From NCBI GenBank assembly GCA_963818475.1, contig CAWFSF010000001.1:96001-160000 (forward strand): DNA of 64,000 bases. The letters are read 5' to 3'. Below are positions 1 to 10,325 of this stretch, one piece after another. The number at the start of each line of letters is the position of its first letter. Position 1 is the first letter of the stretch. This DNA is from Nitrospirota bacterium (GTDB lineage: Bacteria; Nitrospirota; UBA9217). The notes under the pieces are model-generated. The model saw only the letters and a list, made by a program, of their open reading frames with translations, did no database searches and was not told the DNA's origin. A program made the position numbers and the translations under genes.

Positions 1-32
1 GCCCCGGAGTGCGGGGAAAACATCTCCGGGGC
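1..32 (-). terminator. GC-rich hairpin downstream of the octaheme cytochrome gene
   Basis: gccccggag...ctccggggc inverted repeat 35 nt past the stop codon; any U-tract would lie outside the window. Confidence 0.5.
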
Positions 33-67
33 AGTGAAACGCATGGTATGACTGAGTGGAAGGCGCT

Positions 68-1519
68 TCAGTCCTCGTTCTCTTCAGCTTTGATCGCGGC
101 ATACTTGTCAAAGTAGTTGCTCGGGCTCCTAAGCTTGATGATCTCCTTGGGCGTGTAGCCGAGCCGGCCGAAGTCGAGCACGCCCACCTCGCTGTGGCAC
201 TTCTCACACGTAAGCGCACCGCGCCTTGTCACGAGATGGCTGTTCGCGAAGAAGAGCGTCTGCCACGTCGGGACCAGCTCGTAGTCCTTGATGCCGAGCT
301 GCTTTGCAGCCGAGGCAACGCCGGCTTTCACGTCGCCGGTGGCTTTGGGATCTGCAAAGTCCATGGCCATGGGTTCGCCTGTCTTCTTATTGATAAAGAT
401 CTTTCCGTGGTAGATCTTGAAGCTGTAGATCTTACTGGTCTTGTCGTTCCGGTCTCCGGCCGGCCCCACGTAGGTCGGGCTGTTGATCGTTTTGCCGTTG
501 AACCAGGCGTAATCAGGCACTGTTTCCTTGGGCCCTTTTTCGAGCGTTGTCGGCTCGAACCACTGGTTCGACAGAAGCTCCCATTTGGTGAAATCCTTGG
601 TATAGGCGCCGCCGGTATAGGGGATGTGGCAGGCGGTGCAGTAGATCCTGTCGCCATGCCGGTTGTAATCCGCGGCCAGATGCTTGTTCTTTTTATGGGG
701 CTTCGCATCATGACAGTTCAGGCAGCTGATCCGCTCGTTGCTGTCGCTGGCCCAGTTGTTGGGGTCGAGGCCTGTCGGGATCTTGTGGTTCTTGCCCTTG
801 TGGCAGTCCACGCAGACCATCTTGTTGGCGGCATGCACGTCCGTCTCAGGACGGTAATCAAATCCGCGCTTGATGAGCGCCCCGCCTCCGGCCTTTTCAT
901 GGCAGGACATGCAATTCTTCACGCCGGGCTTGCCCGCGGAAAGCGCCGCTTCTTTTGAGCGGTCCTGCCCCATCACCACCCTGCCCTGTTCGTCCTTATA
1001 CGGCTTGCGCTTGCTGTAGTCGTAGGTCGATGAGTGGCAGACGAGGCAGTCGATGCTTGCCTCTGCCTCCGGACCCGTGCTTTCGGGGCCATAGATATTG
1101 TTTCCCGGGTGGCAGGTATTGCAACCGGTGAGGGTGGTCTTCTTGGTGTGTGTTCCGACCGGGGTTTCCTTGAGATGGTTCACCATGTCGTTGCCGTTGC
1201 AGAAGGAGTAGACCCGGTTGTACATTCCATATTCTTTTTTGGGGTCGGTGCCTTCGGTTACGGTGTGGGCGGGAGAGCGGTGTTTCCAGTGGACGGTGGT
1301 CAGAAATTCGGCGGCCTTGCCGGGGTGGCAAGTCTCACAGGTCCGGGGCCCGTCATAGCCGTTTTGTTCGATAAAGGCTTTTCCCGGGTGTTCGGCAGTA
1401 GCAGCGTTCGCTGCAGGGACAGCAGACGCCTTGGTGGCAGCAGGAGCGCCCCAGGCGAGAGTCATGCCCGCACAAACGAGAACGGCCGCAAAAGAAATCA
1501 AGATCAGCTTCTTCAGCAT
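68..1519 (-). CDS. Periplasmic octaheme c-type cytochrome, tetrathionate reductase (OTR)-like family
   Basis: Signal peptide; eight CxxCH motifs (CETCH, CNTCH, CLVCH, CMSCH, CVDCH, CLNCH, CTACH, CEKCH); OTR-style 'VHWKH', 'SFC', 'DVH' and 'H.V....ALTCEKCH...LDF..LGY' segments. Confidence 0.85.
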   Translation of the reverse strand: MLKKLILISFAAVLVCAGMTLAWGAPAATKASAVPAANAATAEHPGKAFIEQNGYDGPRTCETCHPGKAAEFLTTVHWKHRSPAHTVTEGTDPKKEYGMYNRVYSFCNGNDMVNHLKETPVGTHTKKTTLTGCNTCHPGNNIYGPESTGPEAEASIDCLVCHSSTYDYSKRKPYKDEQGRVVMGQDRSKEAALSAGKPGVKNCMSCHEKAGGGALIKRGFDYRPETDVHAANKMVCVDCHKGKNHKIPTGLDPNNWASDSNERISCLNCHDAKPHKKNKHLAADYNRHGDRIYCTACHIPYTGGAYTKDFTKWELLSNQWFEPTTLEKGPKETVPDYAWFNGKTINSPTYVGPAGDRNDKTSKIYSFKIYHGKIFINKKTGEPMAMDFADPKATGDVKAGVASAAKQLGIKDYELVPTWQTLFFANSHLVTRRGALTCEKCHSEVGVLDFGRLGYTPKEIIKLRSPSNYFDKYAAIKAEENED

Positions 1520-1555
1520 TAAAGCCTCCTCAACAACGGGTTAGAAGCAATGCAT

Positions 1556-1846
1556 CTACTCACAGCCTGCGCTCAACTTTTTCAGCTTTGTGCCGATATT
1601 CTTTCCATCCAGCACGGTGTAGGTTGCCTGACCCTTCCCGCCTTCCTTTACCTTGGAAAGCAGGTCGCCATCCTCCATGACCACGGTGACCGCCTCGCCT
1701 TCCTTCGGCTGGATGGTCACACTCTTTGTTGCTTCGTCGATCTTGGTCACCGTACCCTTTACCTTGATAGGCTCGTCGGCAAATGCGGCCATGCCGAACG
1801 AAAGCGCCACTACCATGGTAATGCATGCAACAAGAATCCTCTTCAT
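1556..1846 (-). CDS. Small exported beta-rich (OB-fold-like) protein with C-terminal Gly-Cys
   Basis: Signal peptide ending AFA; 'KGTVTKID' start of mature domain; ends SAGCE; strong RBS gggaggtga; paralogous to 36380-36694. Confidence 0.8.
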   Translation of the reverse strand: MKRILVACITMVVALSFGMAAFADEPIKVKGTVTKIDEATKSVTIQPKEGEAVTVVMEDGDLLSKVKEGGKGQATYTVLDGKNIGTKLKKLSAGCE

Positions 1847-1909
1847 TGTTCACTCACCTCCCTTTATTGTTTAATAGTTTAGAATATATGCAACGATGTT
1901 CGTCATTGC

Positions 1910-1926
1910 TGCATCTCCTGTGCCAA
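1910..1926 (-). promoter_or_regulatory. Sigma-54 (-24/-12) promoter for the small protein + octaheme operon
   Basis: Minus strand TTGGCACAGGAGATGCA, with GG and GC exactly 10 nt apart. Confidence 0.65.
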
Positions 1927-2151
1927 ACATTAACTCCTTGACTTTAAGCGATTCACGAAGAGAAAGGCATTCGCAGAAATGAGAATAGCGGGGGGGAAAT
2001 AGTCACAAATGCAAAGAAACATCGTTTTACCTACACCTCGTCAAAGGGGTACTGGCTGTGTTGTCCGGGTTCAGAAAGGAATGAACATAACGCAGTTTGT
2101 ATTTGCTATTTACTGCTTGACAAAAGCACATAGTACGTGTAAAAAAGTACA

Positions 2152-2484
2152 ATGAAATCGTTAGTCACCGACAAATCTTTATTCGAGATGCAGGCTGAGA
2201 TCTGCAAAACCCTCACGAATCCAAAACGAATAGAGATCCTTAACGCCCTGAAAAACGAAGAAAAAACGGTAACTGAAATTGTTGAATTGCTCGGCGCCTC
2301 AAAGGCGAACGTTTCCCAGCACCTGGCGGTCATGAGACACAAAGGCATCCTGGTGACGCGACGTGCAGGCGTCAATATCTTTTACCGCGTCAGCAATCCG
2401 AAGGTCATCGAGGCCTGCACGCTGATGAAAGAAGTACTCTTCGAGCAGCACGCATCGAGGAAAAAAACAGTAACAGGATCCTGA
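2152..2484 (+). CDS. ArsR/SmtB-family transcriptional regulator with two Cys
   Basis: 'LTNPKRIEIL', 'SKANVSQHLAVMR..GIL..RR.G..IFYR' winged HTH. Confidence 0.9.
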   Translation: MKSLVTDKSLFEMQAEICKTLTNPKRIEILNALKNEEKTVTEIVELLGASKANVSQHLAVMRHKGILVTRRAGVNIFYRVSNPKVIEACTLMKEVLFEQHASRKKTVTGS

Positions 2485-2698
2485 TGTGTCCGCCATGCGG
2501 CGCATTTTTTTTGCCCCTATAGTTGCAGTAGTTGTTAACTTATTAACCATAAGTTTAGAACCTTCGTATATTAGACAGGTAGCATGCTGTAGCAACAAAT
2601 TGAATCTATTCTAAGAGAAAGGAGCTCAATCACGCTTAGGCACTGCTTTTTTCTATGTTATGGATTCACCACATCTTAAATACTGGGAGGTAAGGGTA

Positions 2699-4072
2699 AT
2701 GAAGAAAGTATTACTGGCAGTCGCTTCAATGCTTCTTTTGACCACAGGTATGGCTTTCGCTGCGGAAGACGGCGGGCTCGAAATCGGGCTGTGATTATCG
2801 GTTCAGGTTGGATTCACTTAAAGGCACGGTGCCTGACCTACATCGACTCCGGTTTTCGCGACCCCGTCGGAACTCCTGGCGGCCTCTACTCTGGTTATGA
2901 AGTTAAGAATGAAACCGTATTCATGAACCGTTTCGGTCTGCATATGAAGGCCAACCCGGTCGAGGATGTGACCATGAAGGCCAAACTTGGATATGTACAA
3001 GGTATCCGGTCACCAGACCTCTAGCCCTGTAATGGGTCAGTTCTTCGCCGACCGGTTCGGTGCAACGAATGACGGCACGGTCGGCCACGTTCCCGAAGAC
3101 AGCATCATGCGGGTCGATTATGCTTATGCAACGATCAGCAATATCTTCAACGCACCGGTCTGGTTCTCGGTCGGCCGCAGGCCTTCCACCGGCGGCATCC
3201 CGAGCAACATCCGTCAGAACAACGAGAAGATGGGAACTGCGGGCATCCCGAGCCTCATGGTGAACTATGCCTTCGACGGCATGACCGTTGGCGTTGCTCC
3301 GGACATCGATGCTCTCCCCGGCTTCTACGCCAAGCTCTGCTACGGCCGCGGCTTTGACAGCGGCATCCAGGCCGATGGTTCTGGCGGGCCCAAGGACACT
3401 GATTTCTACGGCTTGAACTCCGCGCTATATGACACTGAGAATCTCCATGTCGAACTGCAGTATCAGATAGGCAGAAACATCTTCGATGCTCCCTCTGATG
3501 CCGGCGTGTCAACTAACCTCGGCAACATCAACTGGCTCGGTGGAGTCGTTATGGGCAAGGTGAGCAGCCTGAACCTCTTTGCCACTACGGCAGTCAGCAA
3601 GACCGACGCGAGCGGAAAGGTCACTGGAGCGCCCCCCGCCCAGGCCGGACTGCTGAACAATGGGCCTGTGAATACCGAGAATCACAGCGGCTTCGCGTTC
3701 TACGTTGGCGGCAGATATGATATCGCATCAACGGGAACAAAAGTCGGCGTCGAATACAATCATGGCTCCAAGAACTGGATCAGCATGGTCCCCGCAGAGG
3801 ATGATCTCTGGACAGGCAAGCTCGGCACCCGCGGCGATGTCTATGAAGTGTATATCATTCAGAGCCTGAACCGGAAGGCCGTTGCCAAGAAGGGTGAAGC
3901 CTTCATCCGTCTCGGCTACCAGCTCTATAATTTTGACTACACAGGCAGCAACAATTGGGTTGGGGCACCTGTTAAGATTTCTGATCTGACGGCATCTCCG
4001 TTTAACGCTCAGTACTTTGTTCCTCTTGAAAAAGCTCAGGACCTCTACCTGACCTTGGACGTTCGCTTCTAA
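2699..4072 (+). CDS. DUF3373-like outer-membrane beta-barrel (5' part broken by about 3 indels)
   Basis: RBS gggagg and ATG at 2699 (MKKVLLAVASMLLLTTGMAFA); 'GDYRFRLDSLK' and 'NRFGL.MKA' in shifted frames; 'GRRPSTGG', 'EYNHGSKNW', 'KLGTRGDVYE'; C-terminal Phe. Confidence 0.8.
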
Positions 4073-4099
4073 GATACAGATTAAAATTTACATCATTAC

Positions 4100-4127
4100 A
4101 GGAGGGGCATATGCCCCTCCTTTTTTT
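4100..4127 (+). terminator. Rho-independent terminator
   Basis: aggaggggcat/atgcccctcct followed by a T-run. Confidence 0.85.
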
Positions 4128-4231
4128 CTGTTCTTTACGCCGGCAACTGCTAAGCGCTCCTGCACACCATATTATATTGCATTCTGCAGGCCGCAGGTTT
4201 AACATATCTGCAATACAAGGGGACACTTTCC

Positions 4232-4750
4232 ATGCGTGCAACGATACTTTTTCTCTCTGCCGGCCTTATATTCTTCTTTACACCAGTGCAGATGCTCCGC
4301 GCCTCCGACGCGACCACTGCAATAGGCAGTCCTGCCCCGGCCTTCGAACTGAAAGCCCTCGACGGAAGGACCGTGAAGCTCTCCGACCTGAAGGGCAAGA
4401 TCGTTCTGCTCAATTTCTGGTCTACCCGGTGCGCCCCCTGCACTGCGGAGCTGCCCTCGCTCAACCGGCTCTATGCCTCTCTCAGGAAGAACGGCCTTGA
4501 GGTGTGCGCGGTCTCCATTGATTCATCGGACAAGCCGGTTCGCGAGCTCGTACAGGAAAAGAACCTCAACTTCACCGTCCTTTTGGACAGCGAAAAAGAA
4601 ACATACTTCGACAGTTACGCCGCACCGTCCCTTCCCATGACCTACCTCATTGATGCCGGTGGCGTGATCAGGCAGACATTCTCAGGACCTCAGGAGTGGG
4701 ATTCTTCGGCCATAAAGGAAAAGATCGTTCAGTATTTACCCAAGAGATAA
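4232..4750 (+). CDS. TlpA/ResA-like periplasmic thioredoxin
   Basis: 'APAFELKALDG.TVKLSDLKGKIVLLNFWSTRCAPC..ELP' (CxxC); 'LPMTYLID'. Confidence 0.9.
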   Translation: MRATILFLSAGLIFFFTPVQMLRASDATTAIGSPAPAFELKALDGRTVKLSDLKGKIVLLNFWSTRCAPCTAELPSLNRLYASLRKNGLEVCAVSIDSSDKPVRELVQEKNLNFTVLLDSEKETYFDSYAAPSLPMTYLIDAGGVIRQTFSGPQEWDSSAIKEKIVQYLPKR

Positions 4751-4763
4751 CAAGGAGAACAAC

Positions 4764-5111
4764 ATGAAAAAAGAATGGTTGGCCGGTTTTGCGGTTTTAC
4801 TCGCAATGACCCTCGGCGCTTGCGCTTCATCCACGTTTGTTGCGAGTAAGGATGGAAAAGGCTTTTACCTCGGAAGCAGCTCCAATGCCGCCTTCAGGAT
4901 GTTCTGCGAGTCAGGCGATCTCAAGAATATCCTCGCTGAAACACAGCTGCCATCGGAAACCAAGGACGAGCTGTTCCGTTCCAACTGCGGCCCTGAGCGT
5001 TCAAGGGAAAGGGTAAAACAGGTATATGCATCATTGATCCCTGCCCAGAGGAAAGAGCTCAGGCTGGCGTTCAAGAATAACGGCTATGACATCAACTATT
5101 TGCCATGCTGA
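4764..5111 (+). CDS. Uncharacterised lipoprotein, copy 1 (ends Cys-TGA)
   Basis: RBS aaggag; lipobox LGAC; conserved MFC and SNC cysteines; very similar to 5327-5677. Confidence 0.85.
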   Translation: MKKEWLAGFAVLLAMTLGACASSTFVASKDGKGFYLGSSSNAAFRMFCESGDLKNILAETQLPSETKDELFRSNCGPERSRERVKQVYASLIPAQRKELRLAFKNNGYDINYLPC

Positions 5112-5326
5112 GATAAGATCCTCTAGGCGTCCGGTCGGACACCGAAACAACAACACCCCGAAGCGGAGGGATCCTTCGGGCTCGAAAAGCTGTGCTGTTA
5201 CCAACCGCAGTACCTTCCCATGACCTGCCTCATTGATGCCGGTAGCGTGATCAGGCTGAATTTTTCAGGACCTCAGGAGTGGGATTCTTCGGCTATGAAC
5301 CCACAAAGCAGTAAGGAGAGCACACC

Positions 5327-5677
5327 ATGAACAAAGAATGGTTAGCCGGTTTTGCAGTGATGCTCGCAGTTACGCTCGGCGCCTGCGCTTCGTCCTCCAC
5401 CTTCCTGGTGAGCAAGGACGGCGCAGGCTATTATCTGGGAGACAGCTCCGATTCAGCTTACCGGATGTTCTGCGAGTCAGGCGATCTCCAGAAGATCCTT
5501 GCCGGAACACAGCTCTCCGCAGAAATAAAGGACGAGCTATTCCGTTCCAACTGTGGTCCTGAGCGTTCAAAAGAAAAGGTAAAACAGGTATACGCGTCGA
5601 TAGCCCCTGCCCAGAGGAAAGACCTCAGGCTGGCGTTCAAGAATAACGGCTATGACATCAACTATTTGACATGCTGA
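5327..5677 (+). CDS. Uncharacterised lipoprotein, copy 2 (ends TGC TGA TAA)
   Basis: RBS aaggag; lipobox LGAC; paralog of 4764-5111. Confidence 0.85.
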   Translation: MNKEWLAGFAVMLAVTLGACASSSTFLVSKDGAGYYLGDSSDSAYRMFCESGDLQKILAGTQLSAEIKDELFRSNCGPERSKEKVKQVYASIAPAQRKDLRLAFKNNGYDINYLTC

Positions 5678-5805
5678 TAAGATCCACCAGGTGTCCGGTC
5701 GGACGCAGTGCAAAATAAACAACCCCGAAGAGGGGGGATCCTTCGGGGTTCGTAATGCAGTGCTGTTGCCAACCGCTCGCTACTGATGAATGAATGCGAT
5801 TCCGG

Positions 5806-6012
5806 TCAGGATGCTTTCATGACATTCGCCGCCTGCGGGCCTTTATCACCCTGGGTTACCTCAAACTCTACCGGCTGGCCTTCCGACAGGGTCTTGTATC
5901 CTTCACCCTGAATCGCCGAGTAGTGCACGAAGATGTCCCTTCCGCCGCCATCAGGCTCTATGAAGCCGTACCCCTTTGACTCGTTGAACCACTTCACTTT
6001 CCCGGTAGACAT
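5806..6012 (-). CDS. cspA: Cold-shock protein
   Basis: '[15 protein letters not shown]', 'DIFVHYSAI', 'KGPQAANV'. Confidence 0.95.
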   Translation of the reverse strand: MSTGKVKWFNESKGYGFIEPDGGGRDIFVHYSAIQGEGYKTLSEGQPVEFEVTQGDKGPQAANVMKAS

Positions 6013-6215
6013 AATGCTTACTCCTCCTTGCTGGTTTCCGCAGCCTGCAACTGCCTTCGCACGGCACTGGCAGTTCTAACGGAACACACTGTTAATACGA
6101 AGGGAAGGGCTTATTCACATCCCCCAGGCCCTTTCCCCGGCCAATCATGGAGTAGAATAAAGCTGAGCACTAACAAATGGAAAGAACAGCGAACAACGTA
6201 GCGTGACAACTCCTC

Positions 6216-7155
6216 TTAATTAAGATATTTGACAGGATTCATCGGCAAACCATTCACCTTGACTTCATAATGAAGATGCGGACCGGTGCTTGAGCCGGAA
6301 TCACCCACATAGGAGATCACATCCCCGCGCCTCACCCGCTGCCCCGCCTTGACGTTGAGCCGCGAGTTATGGGCATAGATCGTCTTTCATGCCGTAGCCA
6401 TGACTGAGCTCGACCAGGTTCCCGTATCCCGTACCGAAGCCGGCCTTGACCACCAAACCATCCGCGGTCGCCATGACCGGGGTCCCGGTCTGAGCAGCGA
6501 TATCCATGCCATCATGAAACTTCAGGATACCGCTGAAAGGCGACGTCCTGTTGCCGAAATGAGACGTCACCCATCCCCGGACTGGCCAGACGGACGGCGT
6601 GGAGGCATAGAGCGAACGTTTGTCCTCGAAATATTCGATCAGCATCTGGAGGCTGGCCTCCTGCCTGGAAGCCGCTCCCTTCAGCTGGGTCAGTTCCTGG
6701 TGCATTTCCTTCAGCGCCTCACCCTGCTTCTTCTCGCCCATTGAAGCGAGATTCTGTATCCCCAATTCGTCGGGGCCGCCGATGCCAAGCACTTGCTGGG
6801 CCCGGTCCCTGGGGCCGAGGCTCACCGCGCGGCGAAGTTTGGTATCGAGATCGCGAAGCATGAACATCTGGCGCTTGTAGTCCAGCAGATTAAGGGCAAA
6901 GTTCTGGACCTGGGCTTTCTGCTGCTTCAGCTCCTCCCGCATGGACTGAAGCTCCCAGACCTTTTCTTTGACGTCATTATATTCGTAAACCAGATAGAGG
7001 GAAGCAACGATGAGCGCGGCAAAGGAAAGAAATACTGTCTTGATAACGGATTTAGATATGCTCAGCGTCCGGACGTGAGAGTTCGGCCCGGGAAGGAACA
7101 TGAACGTAAAATACTCTTTTTTCTTAGGACTTCTTGTTTTTCTTGCCTTCATCAT
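6216..7155 (-). CDS. M23-family peptidoglycan endopeptidase with TM and coiled coil (one indel near 6385)
   Basis: 'FHDGMDIAA', 'GYGNLVELSHGYG'; shifted frame continues 'TIYAHNSRL...STGPHLHYEV..NPVKYLN*'. Confidence 0.88.
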
Positions 7156-7506
7156 ACCTCCTACAAAAGGCGCATTTCGACTCGTGGAAATTAACACAAA
7201 GTGCGCTATAAAGTCAAGCGATTCTTATTTGTTTTTTAAACATTATATTTGTTTTACAACATGTTGCATGTTTTTCCGGGTGTTTACACAACCCATTGAT
7301 CATCGAAAATAGCGTCAAAAAGACGGGAATACATATTCCGTCCCATATGGGATACGGCCTATTGGGTGACCGGAACTATCATGCAAAAAAGCAGCTGGCA
7401 ATGCTTGAACCAAGAGAGCCGAAGTATTCTGAGGGCGGATGCTGGTATTACCTGACCTTCTGTCTGCCAGATTCGTGTGTTATCTGGCAAGACGGTTTCG
7501 CTGGAC

Positions 7507-8779
7507 CTACAGATTCCCTCTCAGCTTCTCCGCCTGCAGGATCCGTTTTACCGCCAGCTCGTACGCAGCCTTTCGCATCCTGCAGCGCGATTCATGGCAG
7601 CGGCCGCTGACATCGCCAAAAGCCGTTACCATGACCTGCTTCAATTTTTCAAGCACTTTTTCTTCCGGCCAGACATCATGGCTCAGATTCTGGCTCCATT
7701 CGAAATAGCTCACCACCACGCCGCCTGCGTTGGCAAGGATGTCGGGAATGACCAGAATATCCCTGGAGAAGAGGATGTCGTCAGCCTCAGCCGTAAGCGG
7801 AGCGTTCGCGAGTTCGAGGACGATCTTTGCCTTCACGTCCCGGGCATTGTTCCCGTCGATCTGGTTCGACAGCGCTGCGGGGATCAGAATGTCGCAGTCA
7901 ATGGCAAGCAGTTCGGCATTGGAGATGGCCCTGGCGCCGGTGAATCCGACAACGCTGCCGGTCCTGGTCCGGTGATGCCGGAGTGACGAGATATCGAGGC
8001 CCTCGGGGTCCATGATGGCTCCGTTCACGTCGCTTACGGCAACGACGCGGTAGCCCCAGTGATCGAGAATGCGCGCGACATTCCCTCCCACGTTGCCGAA
8101 TCCCTGGACCGCCACGCGGGTCCCGGGAGCGTCCATGCCCCCGCTCTTTCATGGCCTGTTCGAGCACGTGGATGCCGCCCAGCGCGGTCGAATATCTGCG
8201 CGCCTTGATGCCGCCCAGCGCGGGAGGCTTTCCCGTGACCACGGCGGGCACATGCTCGCGCTTGATCCGCTCGTACTCGTCGAGGATCCAGGCCATGACC
8301 TGCTCGTCGGTATATACGTCGGGCGCAGGAATATCCTTGAACGGCCCGATGTAGTCGGCAATGGCCTGGGTGTATCCGCGCGTCACGAGCTCCAGGTCGC
8401 GCCGGGAAAGCTCCAGGGGATCGACAACGACGCCGCCTTTCGCGCCGCCGAAGGGGATGTTCACCACCGCGCACTTGAGCGCCATGAGCAGGGCGAGCTC
8501 GGCGGTATGTTCCTCATCCATATCAGGATGGAACCGGATCCCGCCCTTGGCAGGCCCGCGTGCATCGTTGTACTGCACGCGGTAGCCGGTGAATATCCGC
8601 GTCTTGCCCGTTGTCATCTTCACCGGAAAACTTACGGCAAAGGACCGCCGGGGCGCGGACAGGAGTTCGAGCTCTTCCGCAGAAAGGCCGAGATCGGCAT
8701 AGACCGCCTGCAGCTCGGTCATGCCGACGCTGCGCAGGTCTTTTTCATCGCGGTGCAAACGGTCGTGGTTGCGGTTCAT
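7507..8779 (-). CDS. gdhA: Glu/Leu/Phe/Val dehydrogenase (glutamate dehydrogenase-like; one indel near 8140)
   Basis: 'GPAKGGIRFHP', 'PFGGAKGG', 'DIPAPDV', 'VQGFGNVG', 'PDILANAGGVVVSYFEW'. Confidence 0.88.
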
Positions 8780-8793
8780 GGATACCTCAGATT

Positions 8794-8907
8794 AGGGTTC
8801 AGGGTTCAGGGTACAGGAGTACAGGATGCAGGGTACGGGCTGACTCCCGTTGAAGTGAGAACCAGGTTGTCCGATTTTCTGAACCCTGAACCCTGGCCCC
8901 TGGACCC
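8794..8907. repeat. Inverted 7-mer-array element (AGGGTTC)n ... (GAACCCT)n
   Basis: agggttc agggttc agggtac ... gaaccct gaaccct ggcccct ggaccc between mae and gdh. Confidence 0.75.
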
Positions 8908-8910
8908 GCC

Positions 8911-10325
8911 TCACTTCCCCAGCCCCGTTTTCCTCGCCGCCTCGGACACGGCCGCTGCCACGGATGCGGCAACGGTGCGGTCAAAGATGCTCGGGATGAT
9001 GTAGTCTTCGTGCAGATCCGCTTTTTTTATGGTATCGGCAATGGCGCGGGCCGCGGCGAGCTTCACCGCTCTCGTTCACGCCCCTGGCGCGCACGTCGAG
9101 CAGGCCCCGGAAGATGCCGGGGAACCCCAGCATGTTGTTGATCTGGTTCGGGTAGTCGGACCTGCCCGTTGCCATGACCCGCACGAGCGGCAGCGCTTCT
9201 TCAGGTGCGATCTCGGCGTCCGGGTTCGCCAGGGCAAAAACAACGGGGTCCTTTGCCATGCTGATCACATCATCGACCGTGATGACGTTCGGCGCGGACA
9301 GTCCGATGAATACGTGGGCGCCTTTCATGGCCTCCGAAATGCTCCCCTTCACCTTGCGCGGGTTCGTCATTTTTGCCAGCTCTTTTTTCGCCGGGTCCAT
9401 GCCCTGTTTTCTGCCGGCGTAGATCGTGCCGCTCCTGTCGCAGACGATGATGTCCCTGACGCCTGAGGACGAGCAGGATCTTCGCTGATGGCCGTGCCGG
9501 CCGCTCCGGCGCCCACCACCACGACCCTGAACTTTTTCAGGTCTCGTTTGAACAGCCGCGACACATTGATCAGCGCCGCCAGCACGACCACGGCTGTCCC
9601 GTGCTGGTCGTCATGGAACACGGGAATGTCGAGCAGCTTCCGGAGCCGGGTCTCGACCTCGAAGCAGCGCGGAGCGGAGATGTCCTCGAGGTTGATGCCG
9701 CCGAAGGCCGGCGCAATGGCCTTGACGACGGCAACGATCTCGTCCACGTTCTTGGTCGAGAGCACGATCGGAAAAGCGTCGATGCCGGCGAACTCCTTAA
9801 AGAGCATGGCCTTGCCTTCCATCACCGGCAGTGCCGCCTCGGGACCGATATCGCCGAGGCCCAGGACCGCTGTCCCGTCGGAAACGATGGCCACCGCGTT
9901 GCCCTTCATGGTGTAGCGGTAGGCATGTTGCTTTGTTCTGATGGATGTCCATGCAGACACGCGCCACGCCCGGGGTGTATACCTGGGAAAGGTCGTTCCG
10001 GTCGCGCACGGGCAGCTTGTTCCTGATCTCGATCTTGCCGCCCTCATGGGCCGTAAAGGTGCGGTCCATCACCCGCAGGACCTTGACGCCTGCCACGGTC
10101 CTGATGGCCTGCACGATGGCCTTTTCATGCTCCTCGTCGCGGGCGTTGGCGGTGATGTCCCTGATGATCTTGCCCTTCTCAACGCGCACGATGTCCACGG
10201 CGCCCATGTCGCCGCCCGCGCTGCTGATGGCCGTGGCGATCTTGGCGAACATGCCGATGCGGTTCTCGATCTCCACCCGGATGGTGATGCTGTAGCTCGG
10301 GCTGGTGCTGCACTGCAGGGGACAT
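8911..10325 (-). CDS. NAD(P)-dependent malic enzyme with N-terminal ACT domain (several indels)
   Basis: 'SPSYSITIR', 'VYTPGVA', 'DGTAVLGLGDIGPEAALPVMEGKA.LFKEFAG', 'FHDDQHGTA', 'GAGAAG', 'ATGRSDYPNQINN'. Confidence 0.88.

Larger units (their letters stand above)
4629..5777 (+). repeat. Tandem duplication of a ~570-580 bp unit (about 4629-5208 and 5213-5777)
   Basis: Both copies begin ccttcccatgacct(a/g)cctcattgatgccggt (tail of the TlpA gene), contain the lipoprotein gene and hairpins, and end gtgctgtt(a/g)ccaaccgc. Confidence 0.85.

Noticed and set aside
2789-2794. In-frame TGA in the DUF3373-like gene as selenocysteine
   Set aside because: It results from an indel; the GDYRFRLD motif continues in another frame.
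7296-7610. 104-aa plus-strand ORF between the M23 peptidase and gdh
   Set aside because: Weak start, overlaps gdh antisense and its terminator-like hairpin, and has no motif.
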